From Aliivibrio fischeri ES114 (GTDB lineage Bacteria; Pseudomonadota; Gammaproteobacteria; Enterobacterales; Vibrionaceae), in assembly GCF_000011805.1 (NCBI RefSeq), contig NC_006840.2: a stretch of DNA of 32,000 nucleotides, one strand, 5' to 3'. A program made the translations under genes and the position numbers. The notes under the pieces are model-generated. The model did not search any database and had not been told where the DNA came from. It saw nothing but the letters and a program-made list of their open reading frames with translations. This document shows, one piece after another, positions 18,932 through 29,977 of the stretch. The first letter of the stretch is position 1. Every line of letters starts with the position of its first letter.

Positions 18932-20818
18932 TTACAGTACTAGACGACGAATGTCTGATAATGCACTGTTTAAGAAAGTAATGAAACGAGCACCTTCTGC
19001 GCCATCGATAACACGGTGGTCATAAGACAGAGACAGTGGAAGTTGTAGACGCGGAGCGAACTCTTTGCCATTCCATACAGGTTTAATCTCAGACTTAGAA
19101 ACACCTAGGATACCAACTTCTGGTGCATTTACGATTGGTGTAAATGCAGTACCACCGATACCACCAAGGCTTGAGATTGTGAAACAACCGCCTTGCATAT
19201 CAGAAGCTGTTAGTTTACCAGCACGTGCTTTCTTAGAAACAGCCATTAGCTCTTCAGATAGCTCGTAAATACCTTTTTTGTTCACGTCTTTAAATACAGG
19301 AACAACTAGGCCATTTGGCGTATCAACTGCGATACCTACGTTTACGTACTTCTTAAGAATGATGCTTTCGCCATCTTCAGATAGAGAAGAGTTAAACGCT
19401 GGGAACGCTTCAAGTGCTTTAGCAACCGCTTTCATAATGAATACAAGTGGCGTGATCTTCATGCCTGTATCATTTTTAGCTTCAATTGCATTTTGCTCTT
19501 TACGGAATGCTTCTAGTTCAGTGATGTCTGCGTTATCCCACTGTGTAACGTGAGGGATCATTACCCAGTTACGGTGTAGGTTTGCACCAGAAATCTTCTT
19601 GATCTTAGAAAGTTTCTGAACTTCTGTTTCACCAAACTTGCTGAAATCAACTTTTGGCCAAGGAAGTAAACCAAGAGCTGAACCGTCACCACCTTTACCT
19701 GATGCAGCTGCACCAGACTCAAGACGTTTAAGCGCATCTTTCACGAAACCTTGAACGTCTTCTTTAAGGATACGGTTCTTACGGCCAGTACCTTTAACTT
19801 TCGCTAGGTTTACACCAAATTCACGAGCAAGACGACGTACAACTGGAGACGCATGAGCGTAATCGTTGTTCGCTTCAAATTCACCTGTTGATGCAGGAGC
19901 AGAAGCTGTTGCAACTGGCGCCGCTGCAGGAGCTGCTTGTGCAGCTGGGGCTGCTGCCGCTTGAGGAGCTGCTGGTGCCGTACCTTCAACAACAAATGTC
20001 ATGATTAGAGAGCCAGTCGATACTTTATCGCCTGCAGCAATCTTAATTTCTTTTACTGTACCAGCAAATGGAGCAGGAACTTCCATTGATGCTTTGTCGC
20101 CTTCAACAGTAATTAGAGATTGCTCTTCTTCTACTGTATCACCAACAGCAACCATGATTTCAGTTACTTCAACTTCATCACCGCCGATATCTGGAACGTT
20201 CACTTCTTTCTCTGCAGATGCCGCAGGAGCTGCTGCAACTGGCGCTGCCGCTTCAACTTCTGGTGCAGCTGGTGCTGAACCTGCAACTTCAAAGATCATC
20301 ACTAGAGAACCAGTTGATACTGAGTCACCAGAAGCAATTTTGATTTCTTTTACCGTACCTGCGAATGGAGCTGGAACTTCCATAGACGCTTTGTCGCCTT
20401 CAACAGTTAAAAGAGATTGCTCTTCTTCTACTGTATCGCCAACAGCAACCATGATTTCAGTTACTTCAACTTCATCACCACCGATATCAGGAACGTGAAC
20501 TTCTTTAAGCTCTGCAACTGATGCTGCAGCAGGAGCAGCAACTGGTGCTGCTTCAACTGCTGGAGCAGCAGGTGCTTCTGCAGCACCCTCTGCTTCAAAG
20601 ATCATAATAAGAGAACCAGTTGTTACTGAATCACCTTCAGCAATTTTGATCTCTTTAACGATACCCGCTTGAGACGCAGGAACTTCCATAGAAGCTTTAT
20701 CGCCTTCAACAGTGATCAGTGACTGCTCTTCTTCAACTCGGTCACCGACCTTAACTAGAATCTCAGTTACTTCAACCTCATCTGCACCGATGTCAGGTAC
20801 ATTAATTTCGATTGTCAT
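18932..20818 (-). CDS. aceF: Pyruvate dehydrogenase complex dihydrolipoyllysine acetyltransferase (E2), three lipoyl domains
   Basis: 628 aa; three [11 protein letters not shown] lipoylation segments with Ala/Pro linkers, E3-binding domain [33 protein letters not shown], catalytic [20 protein letters not shown]. Confidence 0.97.
   Translation of the reverse strand: MTIEINVPDIGADEVEVTEILVKVGDRVEEEQSLITVEGDKASMEVPASQAGIVKEIKIAEGDSVTTGSLIMIFEAEGAAEAPAAPAVEAAPVAAPAAASVAELKEVHVPDIGGDEVEVTEIMVAVGDTVEEEQSLLTVEGDKASMEVPAPFAGTVKEIKIASGDSVSTGSLVMIFEVAGSAPAAPEVEAAAPVAAAPAASAEKEVNVPDIGGDEVEVTEIMVAVGDTVEEEQSLITVEGDKASMEVPAPFAGTVKEIKIAAGDKVSTGSLIMTFVVEGTAPAAPQAAAAPAAQAAPAAAPVATASAPASTGEFEANNDYAHASPVVRRLAREFGVNLAKVKGTGRKNRILKEDVQGFVKDALKRLESGAAASGKGGDGSALGLLPWPKVDFSKFGETEVQKLSKIKKISGANLHRNWVMIPHVTQWDNADITELEAFRKEQNAIEAKNDTGMKITPLVFIMKAVAKALEAFPAFNSSLSEDGESIILKKYVNVGIAVDTPNGLVVPVFKDVNKKGIYELSEELMAVSKKARAGKLTASDMQGGCFTISSLGGIGGTAFTPIVNAPEVGILGVSKSEIKPVWNGKEFAPRLQLPLSLSYDHRVIDGAEGARFITFLNSALSDIRRLVL
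19990..20815 (-). repeat. Three tandem lipoyl-domain coding repeats within aceF (approximate bounds)
   Basis: [28 protein letters not shown](L/I)[25 protein letters not shown] occurs twice almost identically at about 300 nt period, plus a more diverged N-terminal copy. Confidence 0.9.
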
Positions 20819-20845
20819 TGTTTGTTTCCTTAATTAATGGAAGTC

Positions 20846-23509
20846 TTATGCGTATTGCGGGTTAGTTTTTTCTGTATCGATATTGAATTTAGCAATTGCT
20901 TCTGTAACAACAGATTTCTCAATATCACCACGTTTCACTAATTCAGTTAGAGCAGCAACAACTACGTAGCCTGCGTTAACTTCGAAGTGACGACGTAGGT
21001 TCTCACGGCTGTCTGAACGACCAAAACCATCAGTACCAAGTACTTTGTAAGATTCAGTTGGCATGTACGCACGTACTTGTTCAGCGTAGTTCTTCATGTA
21101 ATCAGTCGCAGCGATTGCTGGTTCGTTACCAAGAACGGTTGTGATGTACGGTACTTTCGCTTCTGCTTCTGGGTGTAGCATGTTGTAACGCTCTGCATCT
21201 TGACCATCACGAGTTAGCTCGTTAAAAGACGTTACAGAGAAGATATCAGATGCTACGCCGTACTCTTCACTTAGAATTTGTGCTGCTTTACGCACTTCAT
21301 TCATGATAGTACCAGAGCTCATTAATTGAACTTTACCTTTAGCACCAGCGTGAGATTCAAGCTTGTAGATACCTTTACGGATGCCTTCTTCAGCGCCTTC
21401 AGGCATTGCTGGCATTGCGTAGTTTTCATTCATTACTGTTAGGTAGTAGTAAATGTTCTCTTGGTTCTCACCATACATACGACGGATACCGTCTTGCATG
21501 ATTACCGCTAGCTCGTAAGCAAACGTTGGGTCGTAAGAGATACAGTTAGGAACTGTGTTTGCCATGATGTGTGAATGACCATCTTCGTGTTGTAGACCTT
21601 CACCATTTAGCGTTGTACGACCAGCCGTTGCACCTAATAGGAAACCACGAGCTTGTTGGTCACCTGCTAACCATGCCATGTCACCAATACGTTGGAAACC
21701 GAACATTGAGTAGTAGATGTAGAATGGGATCATTGGTAGATCGTTTGTGCTGTAAGAAGTCGCAGCAGCAACCCAAGATGCCATTGAACCTAATTCGTTG
21801 ATACCTTCTTGAAGAACTTGACCTGACGTTGCTTCTTTGTAGTAAGAAACAATACCTTTATCTTCAGGAGTATATTCTTGACCGTGTGGGTTGTAGATAC
21901 CAATCTGACGGAACAGACCTTCCATACCGAATGTACGAGCTTCATCACAGATAATAGGAACAATGTTTTTACCGATGTTCTTATTTTTAAGTAGGATGTT
22001 TAACGTACGAACGTAAGCCATCGTTGTAGAGATGTCACGCTTTTGCTCACCTAGTAGAGGAGCAAATTCTTCAAGCTCAGGAACTTTGAATTCTTGAGTG
22101 AATTTAGGTAGACGCTGAGGCGTGTAACCTTGTAGCGCTTTACGACGAGCGTGTAGGTATTCGTATTCAGCAGAACCTTCTTCCAGTTTCAAGTAAGGTA
22201 GTTCAGCTACTTTCTCATCAGAAAGAATGTCTTGTAGACCTAGACGATCACGTAAGTATTGTACGTGAGTCATGTCCATTTTCTTAACACCGTGTGCGAT
22301 GTTTTTACCTTCTGCAGCATCACCCATGCCGTAACCTTTAACTGTTTTAGCTAGGATTACTGTTGGTTTACCACCTGTTTCTTTTGCATTGTTAAATGCA
22401 GCAAACAGTTTAGAAGAGTCGTGACCACCACGCTTCAATTCGAAGATTTGGTCATCAGTCATATCTGCAACTAGTGCAGCTGTTTCAGGGTACTTACCAA
22501 AGAAGTGCTCACGTACGTATGCGCCATCTTTAGATTTAAATGTTTGGTAATCGCCATCGATAGTTTCATTCATAAGCTGAAGAAGCTTACCTGTTGTATC
22601 TTTAGCTAATAGAGCATCCCAGTTGTTGCCCCAGATAACCTTAACAACGTTCCAACCAGCACCTTTAAATAGACCTTCAAGTTCTTGAATGATCTTACCG
22701 TTACCCATAACAGGGCCATCTAGACGCTGTAGGTTACAGTTGATTAGGAAACATAGGTTATCTAGTTTTTCACGTGCAGCGAAAGAAATCGCACCGCGTG
22801 ATTCTGGCTCATCCATCTCACCGTCGCCTAGGAAAGCGTATACACGTTGAGCTGAAGTATCTTTAAGACCACGACCTTCAAGGTACTTAAGGAAACGTGC
22901 TTGGTAGATAGCAGAAATTGGACCAAGACCCATAGATACTGTAGGGAACTGCCAGAATTCAGGCATTAGTTTAGGGTGCGGGTATGAAGGAATACCTTTG
23001 CCATCAACTTCTTGACGGAAGTTATCTAACTGCTCTTCAGTTAGACGGCCTTCAACGAATGCACGAGAGTAGATGCCTGGAGAGATATGGCCTTGGTAGT
23101 AAACTAAATCACCACCGTCAGTCTCATTAGGAGCACGGAAGAAATGGTTGAAACATACTTCGTAGAATGCAGCTGCAGATTGGTAAGAAGCCATGTGGCC
23201 ACCTAGATCCAAATCTTTCTTCGAAGCACGTAGAACGATCATGATTGCGTTCCAACGAATAATTGAACGGATACGACGTTCAAGAGTAACATCACCTGGG
23301 TAAGCAGGCTCTTGTGCCGCAGGGATGGTATTGATGTAGTTGGTATTAATACCTGTTGGCATATCAACGCCATCTAAGCGAGCTTTATCAAGAACTTGCT
23401 CTAATAGATACTGGGCGCGTTCAACACCTTCTTCACGTACAACAGACTCAAGAGCTTCTAACCAATCCTGAGTTTCTAGTGCATCAACGTCATGCTTCAT
23501 GTCAGACAT
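20846..23509 (-). CDS. aceE: Pyruvate dehydrogenase E1 component, homodimeric type
   Basis: 887 aa; MSDMKHDVDALETQDWLEALESVVREEG, GDGEMDEPESRGAISFAAREKLDNLCFLINCNLQRLDGPVMGNGKI. Confidence 0.97.
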   Translation of the reverse strand: MSDMKHDVDALETQDWLEALESVVREEGVERAQYLLEQVLDKARLDGVDMPTGINTNYINTIPAAQEPAYPGDVTLERRIRSIIRWNAIMIVLRASKKDLDLGGHMASYQSAAAFYEVCFNHFFRAPNETDGGDLVYYQGHISPGIYSRAFVEGRLTEEQLDNFRQEVDGKGIPSYPHPKLMPEFWQFPTVSMGLGPISAIYQARFLKYLEGRGLKDTSAQRVYAFLGDGEMDEPESRGAISFAAREKLDNLCFLINCNLQRLDGPVMGNGKIIQELEGLFKGAGWNVVKVIWGNNWDALLAKDTTGKLLQLMNETIDGDYQTFKSKDGAYVREHFFGKYPETAALVADMTDDQIFELKRGGHDSSKLFAAFNNAKETGGKPTVILAKTVKGYGMGDAAEGKNIAHGVKKMDMTHVQYLRDRLGLQDILSDEKVAELPYLKLEEGSAEYEYLHARRKALQGYTPQRLPKFTQEFKVPELEEFAPLLGEQKRDISTTMAYVRTLNILLKNKNIGKNIVPIICDEARTFGMEGLFRQIGIYNPHGQEYTPEDKGIVSYYKEATSGQVLQEGINELGSMASWVAAATSYSTNDLPMIPFYIYYSMFGFQRIGDMAWLAGDQQARGFLLGATAGRTTLNGEGLQHEDGHSHIMANTVPNCISYDPTFAYELAVIMQDGIRRMYGENQENIYYYLTVMNENYAMPAMPEGAEEGIRKGIYKLESHAGAKGKVQLMSSGTIMNEVRKAAQILSEEYGVASDIFSVTSFNELTRDGQDAERYNMLHPEAEAKVPYITTVLGNEPAIAATDYMKNYAEQVRAYMPTESYKVLGTDGFGRSDSRENLRRHFEVNAGYVVVAALTELVKRGDIEKSVVTEAIAKFNIDTEKTNPQYA

Positions 23510-23564
23510 GCGAGCTATCCTTTTATTTGTTGGTTCAAATAGGGTATCAACGATATTCTCTTGC

Positions 23565-24335
23565 TTAATTCATATCGTTATTTTGCTGAATTCGACGAAG
23601 TGAACACTCACGTCGTGATTCCTCTTTGGTCAATTCCAGCAACGTTTCTTCAATATAAGCGAGATGAGAGTGTGAGGCTAAACGTGCTTCTTCAGGCTTA
23701 CCTGACACGATGGCTTCTACAATTTCAGCTCTGTGCTCTCTTACCTTCTCCACCACCGATTCTCGACGATTTAATAAGGTAAAATTTTGTAATACGTTTT
23801 GTTCAAGCAAAGGTTCCAGACTACGAACCATATGGAGCAGCACCACATTATGTGCTGATTCGGTTACTGTTATAAGATAGTGCATAACCGCAGAAGCTTC
23901 CGCTTCAAGATCACCATTTTTTTGTGCTTGTTGGATCAAACGATGTGACTCTTTGATCCGTTTAAAATCTTCTTCGTTACCACGTAAAGCGGCATAGTAG
24001 GCTGAAATACCTTCTAATGCGTGGCGTGACTCAAGTAAATCAAATTGCGTTTCAGGGTGAGTGGCTAATAAATCCAACAAAGGCTCAGAAAAACTTTGCC
24101 ATAACCCTTTATTTACAAAGGTTCCGCCCCCTTGACGCCGAGTCAATAAATGCTTCGCTTCTAAACGTTGTATCGCCTCTCGAACTGACGGCCGAGAAAC
24201 ATCAAACTGTTTTGCTAACTCTCTTTCTGCCGGTAACTTCTGACCAGGAGAAAGGATTCCTTCTAATATCAGCCTTTCTAACTCTTGTTCGATTACATCG
24301 GACAGTTTTGGCTGGCGTATCCTTTGATATGTCAT
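23565..24335 (-). CDS. pdhR: GntR/FadR-family pyruvate dehydrogenase complex repressor PdhR
   Basis: 256 aa; GntR w[51 protein letters not shown]; upstream of aceE. Confidence 0.95.
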   Translation of the reverse strand: MTYQRIRQPKLSDVIEQELERLILEGILSPGQKLPAERELAKQFDVSRPSVREAIQRLEAKHLLTRRQGGGTFVNKGLWQSFSEPLLDLLATHPETQFDLLESRHALEGISAYYAALRGNEEDFKRIKESHRLIQQAQKNGDLEAEASAVMHYLITVTESAHNVVLLHMVRSLEPLLEQNVLQNFTLLNRRESVVEKVREHRAEIVEAIVSGKPEEARLASHSHLAYIEETLLELTKEESRRECSLRRIQQNNDMN

Positions 24336-24399
24336 CGTAGCTCAACCTAATTTAAGTTGATTACTTCCCACATTTCCGTGAGTCATTCGTCACTTTAAT

Positions 24400-24416
24400 A
24401 ATTGGTATTACCAATT
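24400..24416. promoter_or_regulatory. PdhR-type operator, proximal
   Basis: AATTGGTATTACCAATT, perfect 7-bp arms around a 3-nt centre; matches the ATTGGTnnnACCAAT PdhR box pattern. Confidence 0.85.
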
Positions 24417-24534
24417 TTATTTGATGCAAAAGTTATCATGAAAAAAGGGATACTGTCTAGATAAAAATTGATTTGAATCATAGAAAGGGATTAGCGCATA
24501 CATTTAGTTAACATTCACTGTACGCGCTAATAAT

Positions 24535-24551
24535 AATTGGTAAGACCAATT
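24535..24551. promoter_or_regulatory. PdhR-type operator, distal
   Basis: AATTGGTAAGACCAATT, same arms; 135 bp centre-to-centre from the proximal box. Confidence 0.8.
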
Positions 24552-24621
24552 TGAAGATTTCAGCTAACAAAGCGTGTCATAAATAAGAAAAACAAAATTC
24601 TCTACTTTAAAGTAAATCCTT

Positions 24622-25173
24622 TTATTTCCTTAACTTATGGTATTTTTTCCAATCGAATGAAAGGCCGGGATCTGTCTTTCGCAATGGTGCAATATATTGA
24701 TGCCCCGTAATTCGTTCATTAACTATTTGGGGGTAAGCGGCTTGTAGCACGTTTGTTACAACCGCTAAGGCTTCATATTGTTTTTGAGTATAGGCCGTAA
24801 AATCCGTTCCTTCTAACTCAATTCCGATACTGTAATCGTTACATCGTTCACGTCCTGCGAACGAAGAAACGCCTGCATGCCAAGCTCTTGCATTAAAAGG
24901 GACAAACTGAATAACACTTCCATCACGGCGAATTAGGCAGTGTGCTGATACTTTAAATTGATGAATGACTTTAAAGAAAGGATGTTCATTTGGATCAAGC
25001 TTACCAGTGAATAATTGCTCTATATAAGGACCACCAAACTGCCCCGGTGGTAAGCTAATATTGTGTACAACGAGCAATGAAATATCATCTTCATCAGAGC
25101 GCTCATCATAAAAAGGAGAGGCAACATGTTTTGCTTCGTTTAGCCAGTGATCTGCTGATAAAGTAAATTTCAT
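24622..25173 (-). CDS. ampD: 1,6-anhydro-N-acetylmuramyl-L-alanine amidase AmpD
   Basis: LLVVHNISLPPGQFGG, SAHCLIRRDGSVIQFVPFNARAWHAGVSSFAGRERCNDYSIGIELEG, ITGHQYIAPLRKTDPG. Start set at MKFTLSADHW (ATG 25173, GGAA upstream), not the 25275 start in the track. Confidence 0.94.
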   Translation of the reverse strand: MKFTLSADHWLNEAKHVASPFYDERSDEDDISLLVVHNISLPPGQFGGPYIEQLFTGKLDPNEHPFFKVIHQFKVSAHCLIRRDGSVIQFVPFNARAWHAGVSSFAGRERCNDYSIGIELEGTDFTAYTQKQYEALAVVTNVLQAAYPQIVNERITGHQYIAPLRKTDPGLSFDWKKYHKLRK

Positions 25174-25274
25174 GTTCATTCCTGCGTAAATTGAAGTAAC
25201 TTTGAGTATCTTATGATGAAATTCTACTCTAGCGCGAGTATTATTATTGCCATAAACGTATTTCAAATAATTCA

Positions 25275-26174
25275 ATGGACTTCATCATGATCAAAACTCA
25301 CGACAGCGCATCTCGTCTTGAATATTTACAACAGCAACTTCCTACTGAAATTACTCGTGCCGTTGCAGATACCCTACGTGAAGATTTAGGCGGTACATTA
25401 GATGTAAGTACAGACATCACAGCGAGCCTAATTGCTGAAGACACGCAATCTGTTGCAACGATTATTACTCGTGAGCATGGTGTTTTCTGTGGCCAAATGT
25501 GGGCTGATGAAGTGTTCAAACAACTGGGTGGCACAGTAAGCATTGAATGGCATGTTAAAGATGGCGATAAAGTTGAACCAAACCAAACGCTATGTACCTT
25601 AACAGGACCTGCTCGCACACTATTAACTGGTGAGCGAAATGCAATGAACTTTATTCAAACGCTATCTGGTTGCTCAACAGTAACAGCAACCTACGCTGAA
25701 AAAATTGCACACACTAACTGTCGTCTACTTGATACTCGTAAAACCATTCCAGGTTTGCGCAGTGCATTAAAATATGCTGTAGCGTGTGGTGGTGGCTTCA
25801 ATCACCGTATTGGCGTGTTCGATGCTTACCTAATTAAAGAAAACCATATCATTGCGTGCGGCGGAATTGAAAAAGCTATCTCAACAGCAAAAGAGCTTAA
25901 CCCTGGTAAACCAGTAGAAGTTGAAACTGAAAGTCTAGAAGAGCTACAGCAAGCGATTGATGCTGGTGCTGACATTATTATGTTAGATAACTTCACCACA
26001 GACATGATGCGTGAAGCAGTAAAAATTAACGCTGGTCGTGCTGCACTAGAAAACTCAGGTAACGTGACTTTAGATACGATTGCTGAATATGCAGAAACAG
26101 GCGTTGATTACATCTCTGTTGGTGCATTAACCAAGCATCTTAAAGCCATGGATTTATCGATGCGTTTTAAATAA
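25275..26174 (+). CDS. nadC: Nicotinate-nucleotide pyrophosphorylase (carboxylating)
   Basis: LREDLGGTLDVSTDITA, LLDTRKTIPGLRSALKYAVACGGGFNHRIG, DLSMRF C-terminus. Start may instead be ATG 25287 (MIKTHD). Confidence 0.95.
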   Translation: MDFIMIKTHDSASRLEYLQQQLPTEITRAVADTLREDLGGTLDVSTDITASLIAEDTQSVATIITREHGVFCGQMWADEVFKQLGGTVSIEWHVKDGDKVEPNQTLCTLTGPARTLLTGERNAMNFIQTLSGCSTVTATYAEKIAHTNCRLLDTRKTIPGLRSALKYAVACGGGFNHRIGVFDAYLIKENHIIACGGIEKAISTAKELNPGKPVEVETESLEELQQAIDAGADIIMLDNFTTDMMREAVKINAGRAALENSGNVTLDTIAEYAETGVDYISVGALTKHLKAMDLSMRFK

Positions 26175-26195
26175 ATCGCAGAATTATCGATAAAC

Positions 26196-26225
26196 AAAAA
26201 GCCAGTAAATTTGCTGGCTTTTTTA
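26196..26225 (+). terminator. Rho-independent terminator after nadC
   Basis: AAAAAGCCAG-(8 nt)-CTGGCTTTTTTATTTTT. Confidence 0.9.
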
Positions 26226-26515
26226 TTTTTAACACACAACTCCTCTCTTATATCTTTGATACTATTCACATAATCAACAGCCAACCTAACAAGTTAAACA
26301 GGAGTATCTAAATTAAGACTTGCGATCGACAACAAGGTTTAATTTATGACTTCTTGAAGTGAATCGTATTTGATTTTGATGCTTACATTTATCACAGCAT
26401 AAATTTATTACTCACTCGAAAGCCTCTCTTTTCTCCCTACCATATCTCTCTATTCGTTTTATTATTTTACGCATCAAATAAAACATGAATCACCCGATTC
26501 ATCTTGGAGAGAAAA

Positions 26516-26920
26516 ATGAAAAAGCGTCAAGGACAGAAAGGTTTTACCCTAATTGAATTAATGATTGTAGTTGCCGTAATTGGTGTGTTATCAGCAATTG
26601 CGATTCCTAAATATCAAGAGTTTGCTAAAAAAGGAGCTGTCGCTTCTGGTATTGCAACTCTTTCGGCACTAAAAACAAATGTCGAAGACCATATGGCTAC
26701 CAACGGCTCTTTTCCTGCCAATATTACTGACATTGGAGCTATTGATTCTAGCATTGGTGTAGTCGCTTTTGATGGAACTGTAAGTAATGGAATTAAAATA
26801 ACGTTCAATGATGGGGCAGTGAGTGGCTCAACAGTGACCATATCTCGTCAAGACACTGGAAAATGGGATTGTCAATATTCTGTAAGTGATTTAAATATCC
26901 CAGGCTGTCAAGGCCAATAA
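26516..26920 (+). CDS. pilA: Type IV major pilin PilA
   Basis: MKKRQGQKG|FTLIELMIVVAVIGVLSAIAIPKYQEF, prepilin cleavage site, C-terminal Cys pair CQYSVSDLNIPGC. ATG 26516 preceded by TTGGAGAG; the track start at 26504 is a TTG inside the SD region. Confidence 0.94.
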   Translation: MKKRQGQKGFTLIELMIVVAVIGVLSAIAIPKYQEFAKKGAVASGIATLSALKTNVEDHMATNGSFPANITDIGAIDSSIGVVAFDGTVSNGIKITFNDGAVSGSTVTISRQDTGKWDCQYSVSDLNIPGCQGQ

Positions 26921-26926
26921 ATACCC

Positions 26927-28615
26927 ATGCACACCAACCTCGCCTCTATCTTGCGTCAAGCTGAGTTAATCAGTGCGACGCAAGAAAGCAGTATCATAGA
27001 GTCAGTTCAAGCAGAAACGCACACTGTGCCTTCTGCTCTTTTAGCTCAGGGGATATTTACTCCTGATGAACTCATAAGTCACCTTGCTCAAATCTTTGGC
27101 CTTGATGTGATCAACGTGACTCAATTTGATTATGCCACCACTTGTCAAAAGCTGGGACTGCGCGATCTCATTACTCGCTATCAAGCTCTTCCTGTAAGTC
27201 ACGACAGTTGCACGATTCGTCTTGCTGTAGCTGATCCAAGTATTGCTCAAATAGAAGATGATTTTCGTTTTACTAGCGGAAAACAAATTGAATTAGTACT
27301 TGCAGATCAAGGACAAATCCAAGCAGCCATTCGACGCGTCTACGGTGCAGGATTATCTGCAAATGACAATCAACATAAAGAGATAACCCAAGATGAGTTA
27401 GCTTCATTAGTGGATGTCTCACTTGATGAGATAAGAGCTACAGAAGATCTCAGCCAAGACGATGCCCCCGTCACTCGCTTTATTAACCAAATTTTATTAG
27501 AAGCGGTGCGTAAAGGAGTATCAGATATTCATTTTGAACCCTACGAAGATAATTATCGTGTGCGTTTTCGCTGCGATGGGATCTTAGTTGAAAACAGCCG
27601 TCCATCCGCTCACTTAAGTCGTCGTTTATCTGCTCGCCTTAAAATCATGGCAAAATTAGACATTGCAGAACGTCGTCTACCACAAGATGGGCGTATTAAA
27701 CTCAAATTAAACAGTACCACTTCGATTGATATGCGAGTTTCTTCACTGCCAACTTTATGGGGTGAGAAAATCGTACTGCGTTTATTAGACAGCAGTGCTG
27801 CTAATTTAAATATTGATAAACTTGGCTATAGCGATCAACAAAAAGCCCTATATTTAGAAGCCCTAAAACGCCCTCAAGGCATGATATTAATGACAGGCCC
27901 TACAGGCAGTGGGAAAACCGTCTCTCTTTATTCTGGTCTTAATATTCTCAACACCACGGAACAAAACATTTCAACGGCGGAAGATCCAGTTGAGATCAAC
28001 TTAAATGGGATCAACCAAGTTCAAGTTAACCCTAAAATCGGCCTTACTTTCGCTCACGCTTTACGATCTTTTTTACGCCAAGATCCAGATATCGTCATGG
28101 TAGGTGAAATACGAGATCTCGAAACCGCTGAGATTGCTGTCAAAGCAGCTCAAACCGGGCACTTAGTTCTTTCTACCCTACATACAAATTCCGCAGCAGA
28201 AACCGTCGTTCGACTAGGCAACATGGGGATTGAAAACTTTAACTTAGCTTCCTCTCTTAGTTTGATTATTGCGCAACGGCTGGCTCGTCGTCTCTGCAAT
28301 TTATGCAAGCAAGAAGATCATTTAAGTGATGAGTTGCGAGAAGAATATAACATTGCACCTTCAGCCATTATTTATCAAGCCAATAAAGAAGGTTGCAATG
28401 AGTGCACTCATGGTTACTCAGGGCGTATTGGTATTTATGAAGTGATGCCGTTCACCCGAGAACTGTCTGTTGCCATTTTAAAAGGTGCAACCGTTAGACA
28501 AATAGAACAAATCGCCATTCAACAAGGTATGGATAACCTAAAAACCTCAGGAATTAAACGATTAGAAGATGGCACCACCAGCTTACAAGAACTAAACCGT
28601 GTGCTCTATTTTTAA
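26927..28615 (+). CDS. pilB: Type IV pilus assembly ATPase PilB
   Basis: 562 aa; MTGPTGSGKTVSLYSGL, RQDPDIVMVGEIRDLETAEIAVKAAQTGHLVLSTLHTN, zinc motif CNLCKQ...CNEC. Confidence 0.95.
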   Translation: MHTNLASILRQAELISATQESSIIESVQAETHTVPSALLAQGIFTPDELISHLAQIFGLDVINVTQFDYATTCQKLGLRDLITRYQALPVSHDSCTIRLAVADPSIAQIEDDFRFTSGKQIELVLADQGQIQAAIRRVYGAGLSANDNQHKEITQDELASLVDVSLDEIRATEDLSQDDAPVTRFINQILLEAVRKGVSDIHFEPYEDNYRVRFRCDGILVENSRPSAHLSRRLSARLKIMAKLDIAERRLPQDGRIKLKLNSTTSIDMRVSSLPTLWGEKIVLRLLDSSAANLNIDKLGYSDQQKALYLEALKRPQGMILMTGPTGSGKTVSLYSGLNILNTTEQNISTAEDPVEINLNGINQVQVNPKIGLTFAHALRSFLRQDPDIVMVGEIRDLETAEIAVKAAQTGHLVLSTLHTNSAAETVVRLGNMGIENFNLASSLSLIIAQRLARRLCNLCKQEDHLSDELREEYNIAPSAIIYQANKEGCNECTHGYSGRIGIYEVMPFTRELSVAILKGATVRQIEQIAIQQGMDNLKTSGIKRLEDGTTSLQELNRVLYF

Positions 28616-28634
28616 AGATAAGTAGATAATTCAA

Positions 28635-29873
28635 ATGCCTAAAACAAAAAAGAAATCCAAAGCAGTCGTATTAAAAAGCTTTCAATGGCGTGGCATTAAC
28701 AGTTCAGGGAAAAAAGTATCTGGAAAACAGCTCGCGTTAAGTGATGCTGAAGTCAGAACAAAATTAACTGAACAAAATATCCAGATTAAAAAAATTAAAA
28801 AGCGTAGTATTTCTAGCTTTGAAAAAATGAAGCACGCGGTTAAGCGAAAAGACATCACCCTCTTTACTCGCCAGCTTTCTACCATGCTCGCCTCAGGTGT
28901 TCCAGTTGTTCAGTCACTGCACCTCATCGCAGAAAACAACACTAAAGCGGAAATGAAATCCATTTTGCATCAAGTTTGCTTATCCATCGAAGCAGGTACT
29001 CAATTATCTAAAGCGCTCTCTACCAGTTGTTCTCATTTTGATTCTTTTTATATCGACCTTATAGCGACTGGTGAAGAGACAGGCAGCTTAGCTCAGGCAT
29101 TCGCTCGCTTGGCAGAGTATAGGGAAAAAAGTGATGCTTTGCGTTCCAAAGTAATCAAAGCCATGATTTATCCAACCATGGTTTTTTTAGTTGCGATAAC
29201 CGTAACTATTTTAATGCTTACTTTTGTTATCCCAGAATTTGAGAATATTTTTAAAGGCTTTGGCGCTGAATTACCTTGGTTTACTCAACAGGTAATTAAT
29301 ATCTCTCATAACTTACAAGAGTATGGTCTATATATTCTTTTACTTATTATGCTCACTATCCTAATGCTCAGTGCATTAAAGAAGAAATCTTACTTTTTTA
29401 GAATGAAAGTGAGTCGTCATAGCTTACAAATTCCCATCATTGGTACCGTGCTGTCTAAAGCTGCCATTGCCAAATTTTCCCGTACCTTAGCAACCAGTTT
29501 TAGCTCAGGTTTGCCGATTTTACACAGCTTACAAACCACCAGTAAAACCGCCGGTAATCTTTACTATCAAGAAGCCATCTTATCTGTACAACAGCACACC
29601 GCTGCAGGTATGCCCCTTTATATTGCTATGCGACATACCGAAGTTTTTCCTGAAATGGTATTGCAAATGGTCATGATTGGAGAAGAATCAGGAAAGCTAG
29701 ATGACATGCTAAATAAAATTGCTCATGTTTATGAGGAAGATGTTGATAATACCGTAGATAACTTAGGTAAAATTCTAGAGCCTTTTATTATCGTTTTTCT
29801 TGGTACCATGATTGGTGGTTTAGTGGTGTCTATGTATCTTCCAATCTTTAACCTTATGAGTGTTATTGGCTAA
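28635..29873 (+). CDS. pilC: Type IV pilus inner membrane platform protein PilC
   Basis: 412 aa; two GspF-type domains, [19 protein letters not shown] and [21 protein letters not shown]. Confidence 0.95.
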   Translation: MPKTKKKSKAVVLKSFQWRGINSSGKKVSGKQLALSDAEVRTKLTEQNIQIKKIKKRSISSFEKMKHAVKRKDITLFTRQLSTMLASGVPVVQSLHLIAENNTKAEMKSILHQVCLSIEAGTQLSKALSTSCSHFDSFYIDLIATGEETGSLAQAFARLAEYREKSDALRSKVIKAMIYPTMVFLVAITVTILMLTFVIPEFENIFKGFGAELPWFTQQVINISHNLQEYGLYILLLIMLTILMLSALKKKSYFFRMKVSRHSLQIPIIGTVLSKAAIAKFSRTLATSFSSGLPILHSLQTTSKTAGNLYYQEAILSVQQHTAAGMPLYIAMRHTEVFPEMVLQMVMIGEESGKLDDMLNKIAHVYEEDVDNTVDNLGKILEPFIIVFLGTMIGGLVVSMYLPIFNLMSVIG

Positions 29874-29977
29874 AACGTGTAATAAGTGCGTTAAGTTTAT
29901 ACTCTTAACTACTTCATTTTAATGAATTCTGATACCATCAGCTAAATACGTTAATTACTGATATTGGACGCTTTTAC

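Noticed and set aside
20001-20498. 165-aa plus-strand ORF with internal duplication, antisense to aceF
   Set aside because: Its repeat ([13 protein letters not shown]...) is just the mirror of the repeated lipoyl domains of aceF; 19065, 19278 and 19810 are similar shadows.
21571-23782. Plus-strand ORFs at 21571, 23356 and 23561
   Set aside because: Antisense to aceE/pdhR, no homology or RBS support.
25298-25618. 106-aa ORF antisense to nadC
   Set aside because: Nested in nadC on the opposite strand; artefact.
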